A stretch of 64,000 bases of DNA from an uncultured Chloroflexia bacterium. GTDB taxonomy: Bacteria; Chloroflexota; Limnocylindria; Limnocylindrales; CSP1-4. The position numbers and the translations under genes are program-made. The notes below the pieces were generated by a model. That model did no database searches, had not been told where the DNA came from, and saw only the letters and a program-made list of their open reading frames with translations. Shown here piece after piece: positions 8,130-18,074 of the stretch. Each line of letters starts with the position of its first letter. Position 1 is the stretch's first letter. The stretch spans positions 2,747-66,746 of the forward strand of contig CAVPPQ010000008.1 of NCBI GenBank assembly GCA_963707395.1. The letters run 5' to 3'.

Positions 8130-10901
8130 TCATGAGAGCGGGGGCAGCTCCTGTGGGTCCTCCAGCACGCCGCGGAAGAGGTCTCCCTTCCACTCGACTC
8201 GCCGGATGATCGTGCGGATGTCCCAGCCATCGGGCCGCAGCGTCGGGTCGTCCAGCTCGTCCCAGGTGATGGGTGCTGAGACAGCCGCTGAGGCGACGGG
8301 CCGGACGGCGTAGGGAGCGACCAGGGTCTTGATGGGCGAGTTCTGGGTGTAGTCGAGGCGGGCCCTGCCGCCACGATCGGCCTTGCCCCACTCCCACGAG
8401 ACAAGCTCCGGGACGACGGCTCCCACGCCCCTGGACAGCTGCCCGGCCCACTCGCGCGTCTCTTCGAAGGTGTAGCGCGGCTGGACGTGGATCCAGACCT
8501 GGATGCCGCGCTTGCCGGTGACCTTGGGGTGGCCGCGCACGCCGAGGTGCTGCAGCGCGGTGCGGAAGAGACGGGCCAGCGTCACCACCTCCGGCCACGT
8601 GGTCTGCTCACCGGGGTCGATGTCGATGTAGGCGTACGTCGGCCGCCAGTACTCGGGAAGGCGGCTGGTCCAGGGATGCAGGTCGATGACGGCCTGGTTG
8701 GCGGCCCAGGCCAGCGTGGCGACGCGGTCGGCGACGAGGTAGGTGTGCGACCGGTCCCGCTCGGCCTCCGGGTACTCCCAGCGGCTGACCCAGTCAGGCG
8801 TGTGGCTGGGGAGCTGCTTCTGCCAGAACTGCGTGCGCCCGGCGACGCCGTCCGGCCAACGATGCAGGTTGAGCGGGCGGTCACGCAGGTAGGGCAGAAG
8901 GACGGGTGAGATCGTCGTGTAGTAGCGGACCAGGTCCCGCTTCGTGAAGCCGGCTGCCGGGAACAGCACCTTGTCCAGGTTGGAGAGCTCCACGGCGTGC
9001 CCGCCGACCTCCCACTGGCCGCCGTCCCCCAGCGCTGTCAGCGCCGCCAGCTCCGCGCGCGTCACGGCCTCAGCCGGTGCGCGGCGATCGTCCTGCGCCC
9101 GGACCAGCTCGAAGGCGAGCGGCCGACCCGGGTCCGGCCCGAGGCGGCTGTCGGCGTCGCCGGGTGAGGCAGCGCCCGGGCCACCGTCCACAAGGTCCGC
9201 GACCTCCTCAGCCAGCTGCTCCCGAACCGGCCATGCGCGTTCCGCGGGCTCCCGAGCCACGCTCCGCGGGTCACGCCCGACCTCCCTGCCCTTGAAGACC
9301 GCCTGCCGCAGGAGGCCATCCGGTGTCCATTCCGTGAACTCCGCGCGGATGACCTGGCGCGGCTCGCTCCAACGGGCCCCGGGCATGGCCGGCGCCCCTG
9401 GCACGGGGGGCTCCGTCAGTGGGTGCTCGTCCAGGATCCGCCGCAGGATCGCCCGCGACCGCTCGTCCAGGCCGCTGCCGACCTTGCCCGCATAGCGCCA
9501 GCCCTCTGACTCCCAGGTCGCGACCAGGAGAGCGCCCAGGTCCTGGCGACCGCTGCCCGGCTCATAGCCGACCAGCACCAGCTCCTGCTCGCGGCGGGCC
9601 TTGATCTTCAGCCACGACCGCGAGCGCTTGCCGGGTTCATAGCGGCTTGCCCGGGCCTTGGCCACGCTGCCCTCCAGGGCCTCGTCGACCACGGCCCGAT
9701 GGAAGTCCACGCCGTGCTCGAGGACGTGGCTGACGAAGCGCACGGACGGGTGGTCCTTGAGGACCAGCTGCAGGAGCCGCTTGCGCTCCTCCAGGGGCAC
9801 CGCCAGGAGGTCCCAGCTGTCCAGGTGGAGCAGATCGAAGGCGAAGTACACGAGCGTGCCGCCACGCCGCTCGGGGCGGACCACGGCCGGTGGCGGCGGC
9901 TCCTCGACAGCCGGGCGCTCACCGCGCCTGGCGCCCACACCGCGCCTGGCGCCCAGGCCGCGCATCCCGACCATGTCCTGCAGCAGGCTGAAGCTGGGCC
10001 GGCCATCCGGGTCCAGGGCCACCATCTCTCCGTCCACGATGGCGTCATAGGCCGCGATCCAACCGTTGCCCGGGGCGGCCGCGAAGGCCGGGAAGTAGCC
10101 TGCCGCGTCGCTGCCGCTGCGGGTCCTCAGCCGGACCGCGTGCCCGTGCACGTTGGCCTGGATGCGATAGCCATCGAGCTTGAGCTCGAAGAGCCAGTCA
10201 CCGTCATCGAAGGCACGATCGGCCAAGGTGGCCAGCATGGGCTCGATGAAGGTGGGCAGCCGGCGCTGGCTGGCGGCCGTGAGGTCGACGTCTGCCATCG
10301 AGCGGGCGGCCGGCGGTGCCTGCGCTGGCGTCCGCCTGGCAGCGACCTCCTCATTGGTGAGCCCGCTGAGCACGGACGTGGGGTGATCGCGGATGTCCCA
10401 GAGCGCATCGCTCTCCGGGCCGGCCTTCTTGATGAGCAGCCAGTCCTCCCGGGACTGGTGGTGGCGCCGCGTGCGGACCATGACGAACCGCCCCTGCAGG
10501 CGCTGCCCGTGGAGGATGAACTTGAGCTCCCCGTCCTCCAGGCAGACGGCCGGATCATCCAGCCCCTCCGGCTCCCAGGTGCCCTGGTCCCAGACGATGA
10601 CGTCACCGCCGCCGTACGCCCCGGCCGGGATGACGCCCTCGAAGCCGAGGTACTCGATGGGGTGGTCCTCCGTGCGTGCCGCCTGGCGCTTGGCCAGGGG
10701 GCGCATGGACGGTCCGCGTGGCACGGCCCAGCTGACGAGGACCCCGCCGATCTCCAGTCGCACGTCGTAGTGGAGCCGGCTGGCCCGATGCCGCTGCACG
10801 ACGAAGCGCCGCCGTGGTCCCGGCCGATGGTCCGGCCGAGATCCCCTGGGCTCTGGCGTGGCCTCGAAGTCACGCTTGCGCCAGTACTCCTCGAGCGACA
10901 T
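8130..10901 (-). CDS. ligD: Multidomain ATP-dependent DNA ligase LigD (phosphoesterase - ligase - polymerase/primase order)
   Basis: 923 aa. The N-terminus (FVVQRHRASRLHYDVRLE..VLVSWAVPRGPS) is the LigD 3-prime phosphoesterase domain. The central region carries the adenylation motif FELKLDGYR. The C-terminus is a LigD polymerase domain (FPAAGFTKRDLVRYY...HTYLVADRVATLAWAANQAVIDLHPW...GKRGIQVW). Confidence 0.9.
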   Translation of the reverse strand: MSLEEYWRKRDFEATPEPRGSRPDHRPGPRRRFVVQRHRASRLHYDVRLEIGGVLVSWAVPRGPSMRPLAKRQAARTEDHPIEYLGFEGVIPAGAYGGGDVIVWDQGTWEPEGLDDPAVCLEDGELKFILHGQRLQGRFVMVRTRRHHQSREDWLLIKKAGPESDALWDIRDHPTSVLSGLTNEEVAARRTPAQAPPAARSMADVDLTAASQRRLPTFIEPMLATLADRAFDDGDWLFELKLDGYRIQANVHGHAVRLRTRSGSDAAGYFPAFAAAPGNGWIAAYDAIVDGEMVALDPDGRPSFSLLQDMVGMRGLGARRGVGARRGERPAVEEPPPPAVVRPERRGGTLVYFAFDLLHLDSWDLLAVPLEERKRLLQLVLKDHPSVRFVSHVLEHGVDFHRAVVDEALEGSVAKARASRYEPGKRSRSWLKIKARREQELVLVGYEPGSGRQDLGALLVATWESEGWRYAGKVGSGLDERSRAILRRILDEHPLTEPPVPGAPAMPGARWSEPRQVIRAEFTEWTPDGLLRQAVFKGREVGRDPRSVAREPAERAWPVREQLAEEVADLVDGGPGAASPGDADSRLGPDPGRPLAFELVRAQDDRRAPAEAVTRAELAALTALGDGGQWEVGGHAVELSNLDKVLFPAAGFTKRDLVRYYTTISPVLLPYLRDRPLNLHRWPDGVAGRTQFWQKQLPSHTPDWVSRWEYPEAERDRSHTYLVADRVATLAWAANQAVIDLHPWTSRLPEYWRPTYAYIDIDPGEQTTWPEVVTLARLFRTALQHLGVRGHPKVTGKRGIQVWIHVQPRYTFEETREWAGQLSRGVGAVVPELVSWEWGKADRGGRARLDYTQNSPIKTLVAPYAVRPVASAAVSAPITWDELDDPTLRPDGWDIRTIIRRVEWKGDLFRGVLEDPQELPPLS

Positions 10902-11005
10902 CCAGCGAGGGTAGCGTGTCCCGCTTACGGCGCACTTATGCGCTGCTGGCCACGCCCGGCGGCATCGACATCCACGGTCGCGCTCATCGGCTGACCGGAG
11001 GGCAG

Positions 11006-13813
11006 CTACTGGGTGGGGACGACGCAGCCCGCGGGCTTGTCGATGAAGCCGGGGCGGCAGGTCGGCGCCGCCTCCGGGGGCTTCCCGTCAGCGGTGCCTT
11101 CGTCGCCGGGCTTCTGCTCATCCTTGCTCGGTTCCGACGTGCGCGGGGCGGCGATCGCACAGCTGTCACCGGACGCGACGGGGCCTCCGAACGAGGACTT
11201 GCCGGCCAGGCTGAAGTAGCTCCCGCGGCTGCCCCACTGGCTGGACCCGAGGCCGCCGCGAGACGCCCACGCGTTGACGGCGGCCAGCCAGGAGGCCGGG
11301 GCGCCCGGATTCTCAGCGCGGACCGGCTGCACGACGGAGACGCTGCAGCCGCGCGAGTAGATCAGACCGGCTGGGTCGACCTCACGCTTGCCGCCCGGCT
11401 GGGTGCCCTGCACGAAGAGCTCCGTGCGGGTGCCGCGCGTCCAGGCCCCGGGCGCTCCGCCGGTGTACTGGTCGATCGTCTCAGCCACGATGCCCTTGGC
11501 CGGGCGCTTGAAGGTGGCCGAGGGCTTGCCGGCCATGTAGTCGCGCACGAAGGCGTGCCAGGTCCGGCCGGCCGTGTCCATCGAGAAGACATTGCTCGAC
11601 AGGTTGGGCGACGAGCTGTCGCTGTTGCCGAACCAGACACCGACCGCGAGGGCGGGCTGCTTCTTGGACTTGGGCATGGGCAGCAGGCCGTACGTGGAGT
11701 AGTCCTTGAGGTTGTTGGTGGTGCCCGTCTTGATGGCCATCTCACGCAGGCTGCCGTCCGGCGTGTTGCGTAGCTCGAAGATGGGACCCCACACGCTGTT
11801 GACGTCCGGGTTGCTGTTGCCCTTCAGGATGTCCGTCATGATGTAGGACGTCTGCGGGCTCCAGACCTGCGTGGTCGCGGGTTCACCGGCCTCGTAGATG
11901 ACGTTGCCCTCGGGATCCTCCACCTTGAGGATGTAGCGCGGCTTGGTGACCTTGCCACCGTTCCCGAACGCTCCGAAGGCGGCCACCATGTCCACGGGCC
12001 GCACCTCCACGGTCCCGATGGCGCCGGCCAACCCGGCCTCGTCCAGCATCCGATCGCCGTTGATGAAGCTGAAGCCGGCCCTCACGGCGTACTTGCGGAC
12101 GGTGCGGACGCCGGTCCGGTCCAGGGCCCGGATGGCCGGGATGTTCAGCGAGTACTGCAGCGCCTCACGCACCAGGACAGGGCCGCGATCCAGCGAATCG
12201 GCGTCCTTGGGCGCCCAGCCCACCCCGAAGGGCGTCGTGATGTCGAGCAGCACCGTCCCGGCGGTGATGGCCCCCGTGTCGATGCCGGTGGCGTAGACGA
12301 TGGGCTTCCAGGCGGAGCCGGGCTGGCGGCGTCCCTGGCCCGCGTGGTCGTACTTGGGATCGAACTTGGGCGTCGACTTGCGGTAGTACCCCGCCGAGCC
12401 GACGTAGGACAGGATGTCACCGGTGCGGTAGTCCATGGCCACCAGGGCGCCGTTGTGCAGGTTCAGGCCCCGGAGCCTCGCGATCCAGAAGGCGTCCCTG
12501 GCCAGCTTGCGCTCGCGGATGGCTTGGGCGTACTGGCTCGAGGGCAGGTTGGGGACGAGCGCCCCGGCCTCGACGTACTTCTCACCCAGCCGCTGGCCCT
12601 TCCAATCCAGCGTCGTGGTGACCGTGTACCCGCCGCTCTTGATGGGGTCGCGGTCGGCCAGGATGAGGTTCAACTCCGGCAGGAGCGCGTTCACGAAGTG
12701 GGGTGCCTTGAAGACGACATCCTGCGGCTTCTTGATGACGATCTTCTCGTTGAGGGCTTGCTGGTACTGCTCATCCGAGAGCGTCGTCCAGCGGCCCTTG
12801 CCGTCGCGCAGGCGGCCCAGGATGTAGTCACGACGCTCCACGAGATCGGTGTCCACGCACTGCGTGTCACTGTCCGGGCAGGTGCGCACCACAAGATGGG
12901 TGTTGCGCTTGCCCGTGCCCTTGACCTTCTTGCCGTAGGGCTCCTTGACGACGTTCTCGTAGCGCCCCTTGCTGTCTGTGGCCCAGGGGTACAGCGAGGC
13001 GGGCGACTGGGGGATGGCGGCCAGCAGGGCCGCCTCGCTCACGGACAGCTCGTCAAGCTTCTTGCCCAGGTAGATCTCCGCCGCGGCCGCGATACCTTGG
13101 GCCGCGCCGTATGAGATCTCGTTGAGGTAGGCGGTGATGATGTCCTTCTTGCCCTCCTCGCCGGGGAAGGCCTGCGTGAGCTTGAAGGACTGCAGGAGCT
13201 CCTTGGCCTTGCGCAGGTAGAGGCCCTGCTGCGTGTTGTCCGCGCTGACGACCTCCTCCGGCAGCAGTCGCGCGCGGACCAGCTGCTGGGTGATCGTGGA
13301 GCCACCACCGCGGTCGCCGCCGCCGGCGGCCTCCGTGAGGAAGGCGTTGACCGTCGCTTCCAGGTCGAAGCCGGGGTTGTCCCAGAAGGTGTCATCCTCC
13401 GTGGCCGTCGTGACGTCCAGGACCAGCGGCGGGATGTCCTGGAAATCGATGACGGTGCGACGCTCGTTCCAGAACTGCGCCAGCTCCACCTTGCCGGTGC
13501 GGTCCACGATCCGCGTGGGCTCCGAGAAGTCGAGGTCCCTGAAGGCCTGCACGTCCGGCAGCCCCTGGTCCAGGGTGGCGATGGTCACCGCTGCCGCCCC
13601 GCCGGTGGCGATGGCGCCTGCCGAGACGATGCCCAGCACGCTCACGACGCCGACGAGTGCCACCGCCAGCAAGGCGCTGGCGCCGCGGCTGGCTGGCTTG
13701 CGCGCGGAGGACCTGGCGATGGCAAGACGAGCGGCGTAGGAACCCCGATGATGGGCTCCGCTCCCTGGCCGACTGGAGGCCGGGGAGGCACGGCGCTGTG
13801 GGCGATACGGCAT
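11006..13813 (-). CDS. Class A penicillin-binding protein (PBP1A-type transglycosylase/transpeptidase)
   Basis: ORF 11006..14128 trimmed to ATG 13813 (MPYRPQRR). A TM anchor is followed by GT51 motifs (ATEDDTFWDNPGFD, GGSTITQQLV). The transpeptidase part contains QPGSAWKP and KTGTTN. Confidence 0.9.
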   Translation of the reverse strand: MPYRPQRRASPASSRPGSGAHHRGSYAARLAIARSSARKPASRGASALLAVALVGVVSVLGIVSAGAIATGGAAAVTIATLDQGLPDVQAFRDLDFSEPTRIVDRTGKVELAQFWNERRTVIDFQDIPPLVLDVTTATEDDTFWDNPGFDLEATVNAFLTEAAGGGDRGGGSTITQQLVRARLLPEEVVSADNTQQGLYLRKAKELLQSFKLTQAFPGEEGKKDIITAYLNEISYGAAQGIAAAAEIYLGKKLDELSVSEAALLAAIPQSPASLYPWATDSKGRYENVVKEPYGKKVKGTGKRNTHLVVRTCPDSDTQCVDTDLVERRDYILGRLRDGKGRWTTLSDEQYQQALNEKIVIKKPQDVVFKAPHFVNALLPELNLILADRDPIKSGGYTVTTTLDWKGQRLGEKYVEAGALVPNLPSSQYAQAIRERKLARDAFWIARLRGLNLHNGALVAMDYRTGDILSYVGSAGYYRKSTPKFDPKYDHAGQGRRQPGSAWKPIVYATGIDTGAITAGTVLLDITTPFGVGWAPKDADSLDRGPVLVREALQYSLNIPAIRALDRTGVRTVRKYAVRAGFSFINGDRMLDEAGLAGAIGTVEVRPVDMVAAFGAFGNGGKVTKPRYILKVEDPEGNVIYEAGEPATTQVWSPQTSYIMTDILKGNSNPDVNSVWGPIFELRNTPDGSLREMAIKTGTTNNLKDYSTYGLLPMPKSKKQPALAVGVWFGNSDSSSPNLSSNVFSMDTAGRTWHAFVRDYMAGKPSATFKRPAKGIVAETIDQYTGGAPGAWTRGTRTELFVQGTQPGGKREVDPAGLIYSRGCSVSVVQPVRAENPGAPASWLAAVNAWASRGGLGSSQWGSRGSYFSLAGKSSFGGPVASGDSCAIAAPRTSEPSKDEQKPGDEGTADGKPPEAAPTCRPGFIDKPAGCVVPTQ

Positions 13814-13860
13814 GCGGTGCAGATTGTGCACGACGAACGGCGAGAACGGGTGAGAGGGAG

Positions 13861-14847
13861 ATGAAGGTTCCGATACGGCCCGCCACCGCGCAGCCGCCGC
13901 GTCGTCGGCCCAGCCTGCTGTTGGCCACGCAGCGCCGCGTGTTCCAGGCCGCCCTCCTGGACTGGTATCGGGCCAACGCCCGCCCCCTGCGCATCCGCAC
14001 CACCCGCGAGCCGTGGCCCGTGCTCGTGGCTGAGGTGATGGCCCAGCAGACGCAGATCGCCCGCGTCGATGCGGCCTGGGCGGGGTTCCTGGGACGCTTC
14101 CCGACGCCCCGGACGCTGGCCGAAGCATCGCCGGCGGAGGTGCTGAAGGCCTGGGCGGGGCTGGGCTACAACCGCCGTGCCGTGCACCTTCAACGAGCGG
14201 CCGTGGTCATCGTTCGCGAGCACGCTGGTCGCGTGCCCTCCGGCATCGAGCTGCTGGAGTCGCTTCCCGGCGTCGGCCCCTACACCGCGCGGGCCGTGGC
14301 GGCCCTGGCCTTCGGACAGCCGGTGGCGGCCGTGGACACCAACGTGCGGAGGGTCGTCGGCCGGATGGCCGGTCGGCCGCTGAGCGCCTCCCGGTTGCAG
14401 ATGGAAGCCGACCGACTGGTGGCCCGGCACGACCCGGCGACCTGGACGCACGCCTCCATGGAGCTCGGCGCCACGCTGTGCCGCCCCGTGGCCCCGGCCT
14501 GCGAGGCCTGCCCAGTCAGCCGCTGGTGCGCCAGTGCCGGTCGTGTGGCGGTTCGCCCGGCACGACCGAGGGTGCCGAGCGCCGACGGGAAACCCGCCGC
14601 GGGCGGCGCGCCACGGCACACGACGCCGACCGACCGACCGGCCTTCGAGCAGACGACCCGCTGGCTGCGCGGACGCATCGTGGCGCAGCTGCGGACCCTG
14701 GAGGAGGGCGCCTGGGCGCGCCTGCCCGACGCCATCGGCGCGCACGGTTCGGAGCGGATCGCGGACGCCACGGCGGCGCTGCGGCAGGACGGCCTCCTCG
14801 AGATGCGTGCCGACGGCGCGGTGCGCCTACCATCGTCCACACCATGA
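13861..14847 (+). CDS. mutY: A/G-specific adenine DNA glycosylase (MutY / HhH-GPD family with 4Fe-4S loop)
   Basis: ATG 13861 follows GAGGGAG. Contains PWPVLVAEVMAQQTQ, GLGYNRRA, LPGVGPYTARAV and the cluster motif CRPVAPACEACPVSRWC. It is divergent from the PBP gene with a 47-bp spacer. Confidence 0.85.
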   Translation: MKVPIRPATAQPPRRRPSLLLATQRRVFQAALLDWYRANARPLRIRTTREPWPVLVAEVMAQQTQIARVDAAWAGFLGRFPTPRTLAEASPAEVLKAWAGLGYNRRAVHLQRAAVVIVREHAGRVPSGIELLESLPGVGPYTARAVAALAFGQPVAAVDTNVRRVVGRMAGRPLSASRLQMEADRLVARHDPATWTHASMELGATLCRPVAPACEACPVSRWCASAGRVAVRPARPRVPSADGKPAAGGAPRHTTPTDRPAFEQTTRWLRGRIVAQLRTLEEGAWARLPDAIGAHGSERIADATAALRQDGLLEMRADGAVRLPSSTP

Positions 14848-15686
14848 GCACGACGCGTGAGCCATCCTTCGGCGATCTCCGGGCGCCGATCGCCGACCCG
14901 ACCACGGGCATCCCGCTGCCCGCCGGCGACGAGGTCATCTTCGGGGCCGCGGCCGACCTCGCGCTGCTGGCTGAGCGATGGGGTGCCCAGGCGGCGCTGC
15001 CGACGATGACGGCGGAGGAGATGCGCGGCGCAGACGCCCGGGCGCAGCGGCTCGGCACGCCGGGTGAGTGGCTCATGGAGCAGGCTGGCGCGGCCGTGGC
15101 CGCCACCGCGCGGGCCCTGTTGGTCGGCGGTGGGCGGTCGCACCACGCGCGCCCGCTCATCCTCTGCGGTCCCGGCAACAACGGCGGCGACGGGCTGGTG
15201 GCGGCCAGGCACCTGGCCCGCCTGGGCATCAGCTCGGAGGTCGTGCTGCTGGCGGCGGACGGGCGGCCCTCCACTCCTGACGCCATCCTCAACTGGGAGC
15301 GCCTGGACGGCCTGCCTGCCGTCCACCGCGTGGCCACGGTGCGCGGCAGCGACATGGCGCTCTACCTCAGCGGCATCGAGCGCGCCGGGCTCGTCGTCGA
15401 TGCGCTCCTGGGGACGGGCGTGCGCGGTCCGCTGCGGGAGCCCGTGCGCACTGCGGTGGACGTCGCCGTGCGCGCGCGCGAGCACCTCGTGCCGGTCCTC
15501 GCCGTGGACACGCCCACCTCGCTCGACCTCAGCAGCGGGGAGCCCTCCGATCCCGTCGTGCGGGCCGACGTGACCGTGACCTTCCATCGGCCCAAGCCCG
15601 GGCTCCGCACTCGCATCGGGAGCGTGCTGGCCGGGCGGGTCCTCGTGGCGCCCATCGGCATCCCGGTCGAAGCCGACCGTCGCTGA
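14844..15686 (+). CDS. NAD(P)H-hydrate epimerase (YjeF N-terminal domain only)
   Basis: ATG 14844 overlaps the mutY stop (ATGA). ILCGPGNNGGDGLVAARHL and VVDALLGTG are YjeF_N motifs. No C-terminal dehydratase domain is present. Confidence 0.8.
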   Translation: MSTTREPSFGDLRAPIADPTTGIPLPAGDEVIFGAAADLALLAERWGAQAALPTMTAEEMRGADARAQRLGTPGEWLMEQAGAAVAATARALLVGGGRSHHARPLILCGPGNNGGDGLVAARHLARLGISSEVVLLAADGRPSTPDAILNWERLDGLPAVHRVATVRGSDMALYLSGIERAGLVVDALLGTGVRGPLREPVRTAVDVAVRAREHLVPVLAVDTPTSLDLSSGEPSDPVVRADVTVTFHRPKPGLRTRIGSVLAGRVLVAPIGIPVEADRR

Positions 15687-15688
15687 GC

Positions 15689-15889
15689 GTGTCCGGACCA
15701 GCGGATCGCGGGCCACGCCCGCGGACCGTCGTCCTGGTGCTGTCTGCCGTGGTGGTGGCGGTCCTGGCCGTCGACCTGCTGAGCGCCATCGTGCCCGGCG
15801 TTGACGACGCCCTGGCTGCCCTGCCGCTGGTGGGGCTGGTGCTCGTGGGAGGCACGGTCGTAGTGCTCGGGCGCGCGCTGCGCCGCTAG
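15689..15889 (+). CDS. Small hypothetical membrane protein (66 aa)
   Basis: GTG start 2 nt after the preceding stop, with two hydrophobic helices. No recognisable family. Confidence 0.4.
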   Translation: MSGPADRGPRPRTVVLVLSAVVVAVLAVDLLSAIVPGVDDALAALPLVGLVLVGGTVVVLGRALRR

Positions 15890-15916
15890 CGGTCTGCCCG
15901 GCGGGACTCGCCTGGC

Positions 15917-16603
15917 CTAACCCTTGCCCGGCGGGGCGGTGGGCTGGCGATCGCCCGGGTCGAAGCGCCGCTCCGTCCCGGCCAGCAGGCGCCCGATGTT
16001 GTCGCGGTGCGCGATCCAGACGATGGCCAGGCCGGGCAGCACGTAGAGCAGCCAGCCCGGCTCCAGGGCCCCCGCCAGGACGAACAGGATGGCCACCGCA
16101 GCCCCGAAGGCGGTCCCCAGCAGGGAGCCCAGTGAAACGTAGCGGGTCACGGCGATGACGATGAAGAAGGCCGGCGCCGCGACGAGGCAGACGAGCGGCG
16201 ACACGACGATCATGCCGCCCACACCGGCGGCCACGCCACGCCCGCCGTGGAAGCCCAGGAAGACCGACTTCCAGGCGCCCAGCACGGCGGCCACGCCGGT
16301 CAGCGCCTGGACCTCGATGGGAGCCCCGAGGGCGCGCGCGATGAGGATGGGCAGGGCGCCCTTGGCGAGGTCCAGCAGGCCGACCGTGACGGCGCGACCC
16401 CAGCCCATGGCGCGCAGGGCGTTGGTGCCGCCGGTGCGCCCGGAGCCGACGGTGCGCGGGTCCCTGCCGCCCGTCAGCCGCGCCACGATGACCCCCATCG
16501 GCAGCGATCCGATGAGGTAGCCCATCACGAGCAGCCCGAGGGTCAGCGGCAGGTCGTCCACGCCGGCCGAGTATAGGGACGTGGTGGGCCCCTTTGATAC
16601 CAT
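15917..16603 (-). CDS. plsY: Glycerol-3-phosphate acyltransferase PlsY
   Basis: ORF trimmed to ATG 16603. GYLIGSLPMG, SGRTGGTNALR and FHGGRGVA are PlsY motifs. The protein is multi-TM. Confidence 0.85.
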   Translation of the reverse strand: MVSKGPTTSLYSAGVDDLPLTLGLLVMGYLIGSLPMGVIVARLTGGRDPRTVGSGRTGGTNALRAMGWGRAVTVGLLDLAKGALPILIARALGAPIEVQALTGVAAVLGAWKSVFLGFHGGRGVAAGVGGMIVVSPLVCLVAAPAFFIVIAVTRYVSLGSLLGTAFGAAVAILFVLAGALEPGWLLYVLPGLAIVWIAHRDNIGRLLAGTERRFDPGDRQPTAPPGKG

Positions 16604-16640
16604 CGAGCCGTCATCCCAGCCTCGTTCGCGGAGTCCCAAG

Positions 16641-18074
16641 GTGCCCAACGAAAGCCAGTCCTTCGACATCGTCGTCCTCGGCGCCGGCACCGGCGGCTAC
16701 TCGGCTGCCTTCCGGGCCGGCCAGCTGGGTCTCTCGGTCGCCCTCGTCGACGACGGGCCGGCCGGCATCGGCGGCACCTGCCTGCACTGGGGCTGTATCC
16801 CCACCAAGGCCATGCTCGAGTCAGCGGACCTCTACGAGCGCATCCTGCACGCCGGCGAGTTCGGAATCTCCGTGAGCGATCCGGCCGTGGACGCCGCGGT
16901 CATCGCGACCCGCCGGGACCGCACGGTGGCGCGGCTCGTCAAGGGCCTCCACAGCCTCATCAAGAAGAACGGCGTCACCTACGTTCGCGGCCGCGGTCGG
17001 CTGCAGGGGCCCCAGCAGGTGCGCGTGGCCACCGTGGACGAGGCCGGCGCCTCCAGCGGTGAGGTCATCCTCACGGCCCGGGACGTCATCCTGGCCACGG
17101 GCTCGCGCGTGAAGTCACTGCCGGGCCTCGTGCCGGACGGCAGCCGCATCGTCACCAGCGACGACGTGCTGCGCTCGTCGGCCGTGCCGGGCTCCATCAT
17201 CGTGGTCGGTGCCGGCGCGGTCGGCGTGGAGTTCGCCAGCTACTACCACGACCTCGGCAGCGAGGTGACGGTGCTGGAGTACCTGCCCAGCATGGTGCCG
17301 CTGGAGGACGCCGAGGTCTCCGCGGAGATGGAGCGGGCCTTCAAGCGCCGCGGCATCAAGGTGGTCACCAGCGCCCGCTTCGACCCGGCGTCCGTGGTAC
17401 TCCAGGAGAGCGGCGTCCGCCTCATGGTCGGGCGGGAAGGGGAGGCCCCCGCGGAGCTGCGGGCCGAGCAGTTGCTGGTGGCCACCGGCCGCGCCGCCAA
17501 CACGGAGGACGTGGGCCTGGAGACGACGCGCGCCGTGGTCGAGAAGGGACTCGTGAAGGTCGACGGCCACATGCGCACGGCCGACCCGCACCTCTATGCC
17601 ATCGGCGACATCATCGGTGGTCTGTGGCTGGCCCACGTGGCTGCCCACGAGGGCATCGCCGCGGTCCACGCCATCGCGGGCCGGGAGGTGGAGCCGGTCG
17701 ATTACGTGAAGATGCCACGGGCCACGTATGCCCGCCCGCAGATCGCCTCCATCGGCCTGACCTCTGCCCAGTGCGAGGCTGCCGGCCGCGCCACGAGAGT
17801 CGGCAAGTTCCCCTTCCAGGCCAGCGGCAAGGCCATCATCAACGGCGACACGAGTGGCTTCGTGAAGGTCATCGCGGACGCGGAGACGGACGAGGTGCTG
17901 GGCGTGCACATGATCGGCGCGCACGTCACGGAGCTCATCGCGGAGGCCTCTGTGGGCCTGCTGCTGGAGGCCACGGCCTGGGAGGTCGGCTCCGCCGTCC
18001 ACCCGCACCCGACCCTCTCGGAGGTCCTGGGCGAGGCGGCGCTGGCGGTGGACGGCAAGTCCATCAACTTCTAG
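16641..18074 (+). CDS. lpdA: Dihydrolipoyl dehydrogenase (E3)
   Basis: ORF 16581..18074 trimmed to GTG 16641. FAD motif VVLGAGTGGY, redox disulfide GGTCLHWGCIPTK, NAD motif VVGAGAVGVE, and the C-terminal HPHPTLSE interface motif. Confidence 0.9.
   Translation: MPNESQSFDIVVLGAGTGGYSAAFRAGQLGLSVALVDDGPAGIGGTCLHWGCIPTKAMLESADLYERILHAGEFGISVSDPAVDAAVIATRRDRTVARLVKGLHSLIKKNGVTYVRGRGRLQGPQQVRVATVDEAGASSGEVILTARDVILATGSRVKSLPGLVPDGSRIVTSDDVLRSSAVPGSIIVVGAGAVGVEFASYYHDLGSEVTVLEYLPSMVPLEDAEVSAEMERAFKRRGIKVVTSARFDPASVVLQESGVRLMVGREGEAPAELRAEQLLVATGRAANTEDVGLETTRAVVEKGLVKVDGHMRTADPHLYAIGDIIGGLWLAHVAAHEGIAAVHAIAGREVEPVDYVKMPRATYARPQIASIGLTSAQCEAAGRATRVGKFPFQASGKAIINGDTSGFVKVIADAETDEVLGVHMIGAHVTELIAEASVGLLLEATAWEVGSAVHPHPTLSEVLGEAALAVDGKSINF

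Noticed and set aside
11006-14128. Long N-terminal extensions of track ORFs. Examples are PBP to 14128, MMPL to 39243, kinase to 40402, DppF to 21151, TrmH to 50169, MTHFR from 1426 and SBP from 42885.
   Set aside because: The extensions are Arg/Pro/Gly-rich, overlap neighbouring genes or promoters, and lack RBSs. Internal ATG/GTG codons with GGAGG-type RBSs or stop-start overlaps give proteins of family-typical length.
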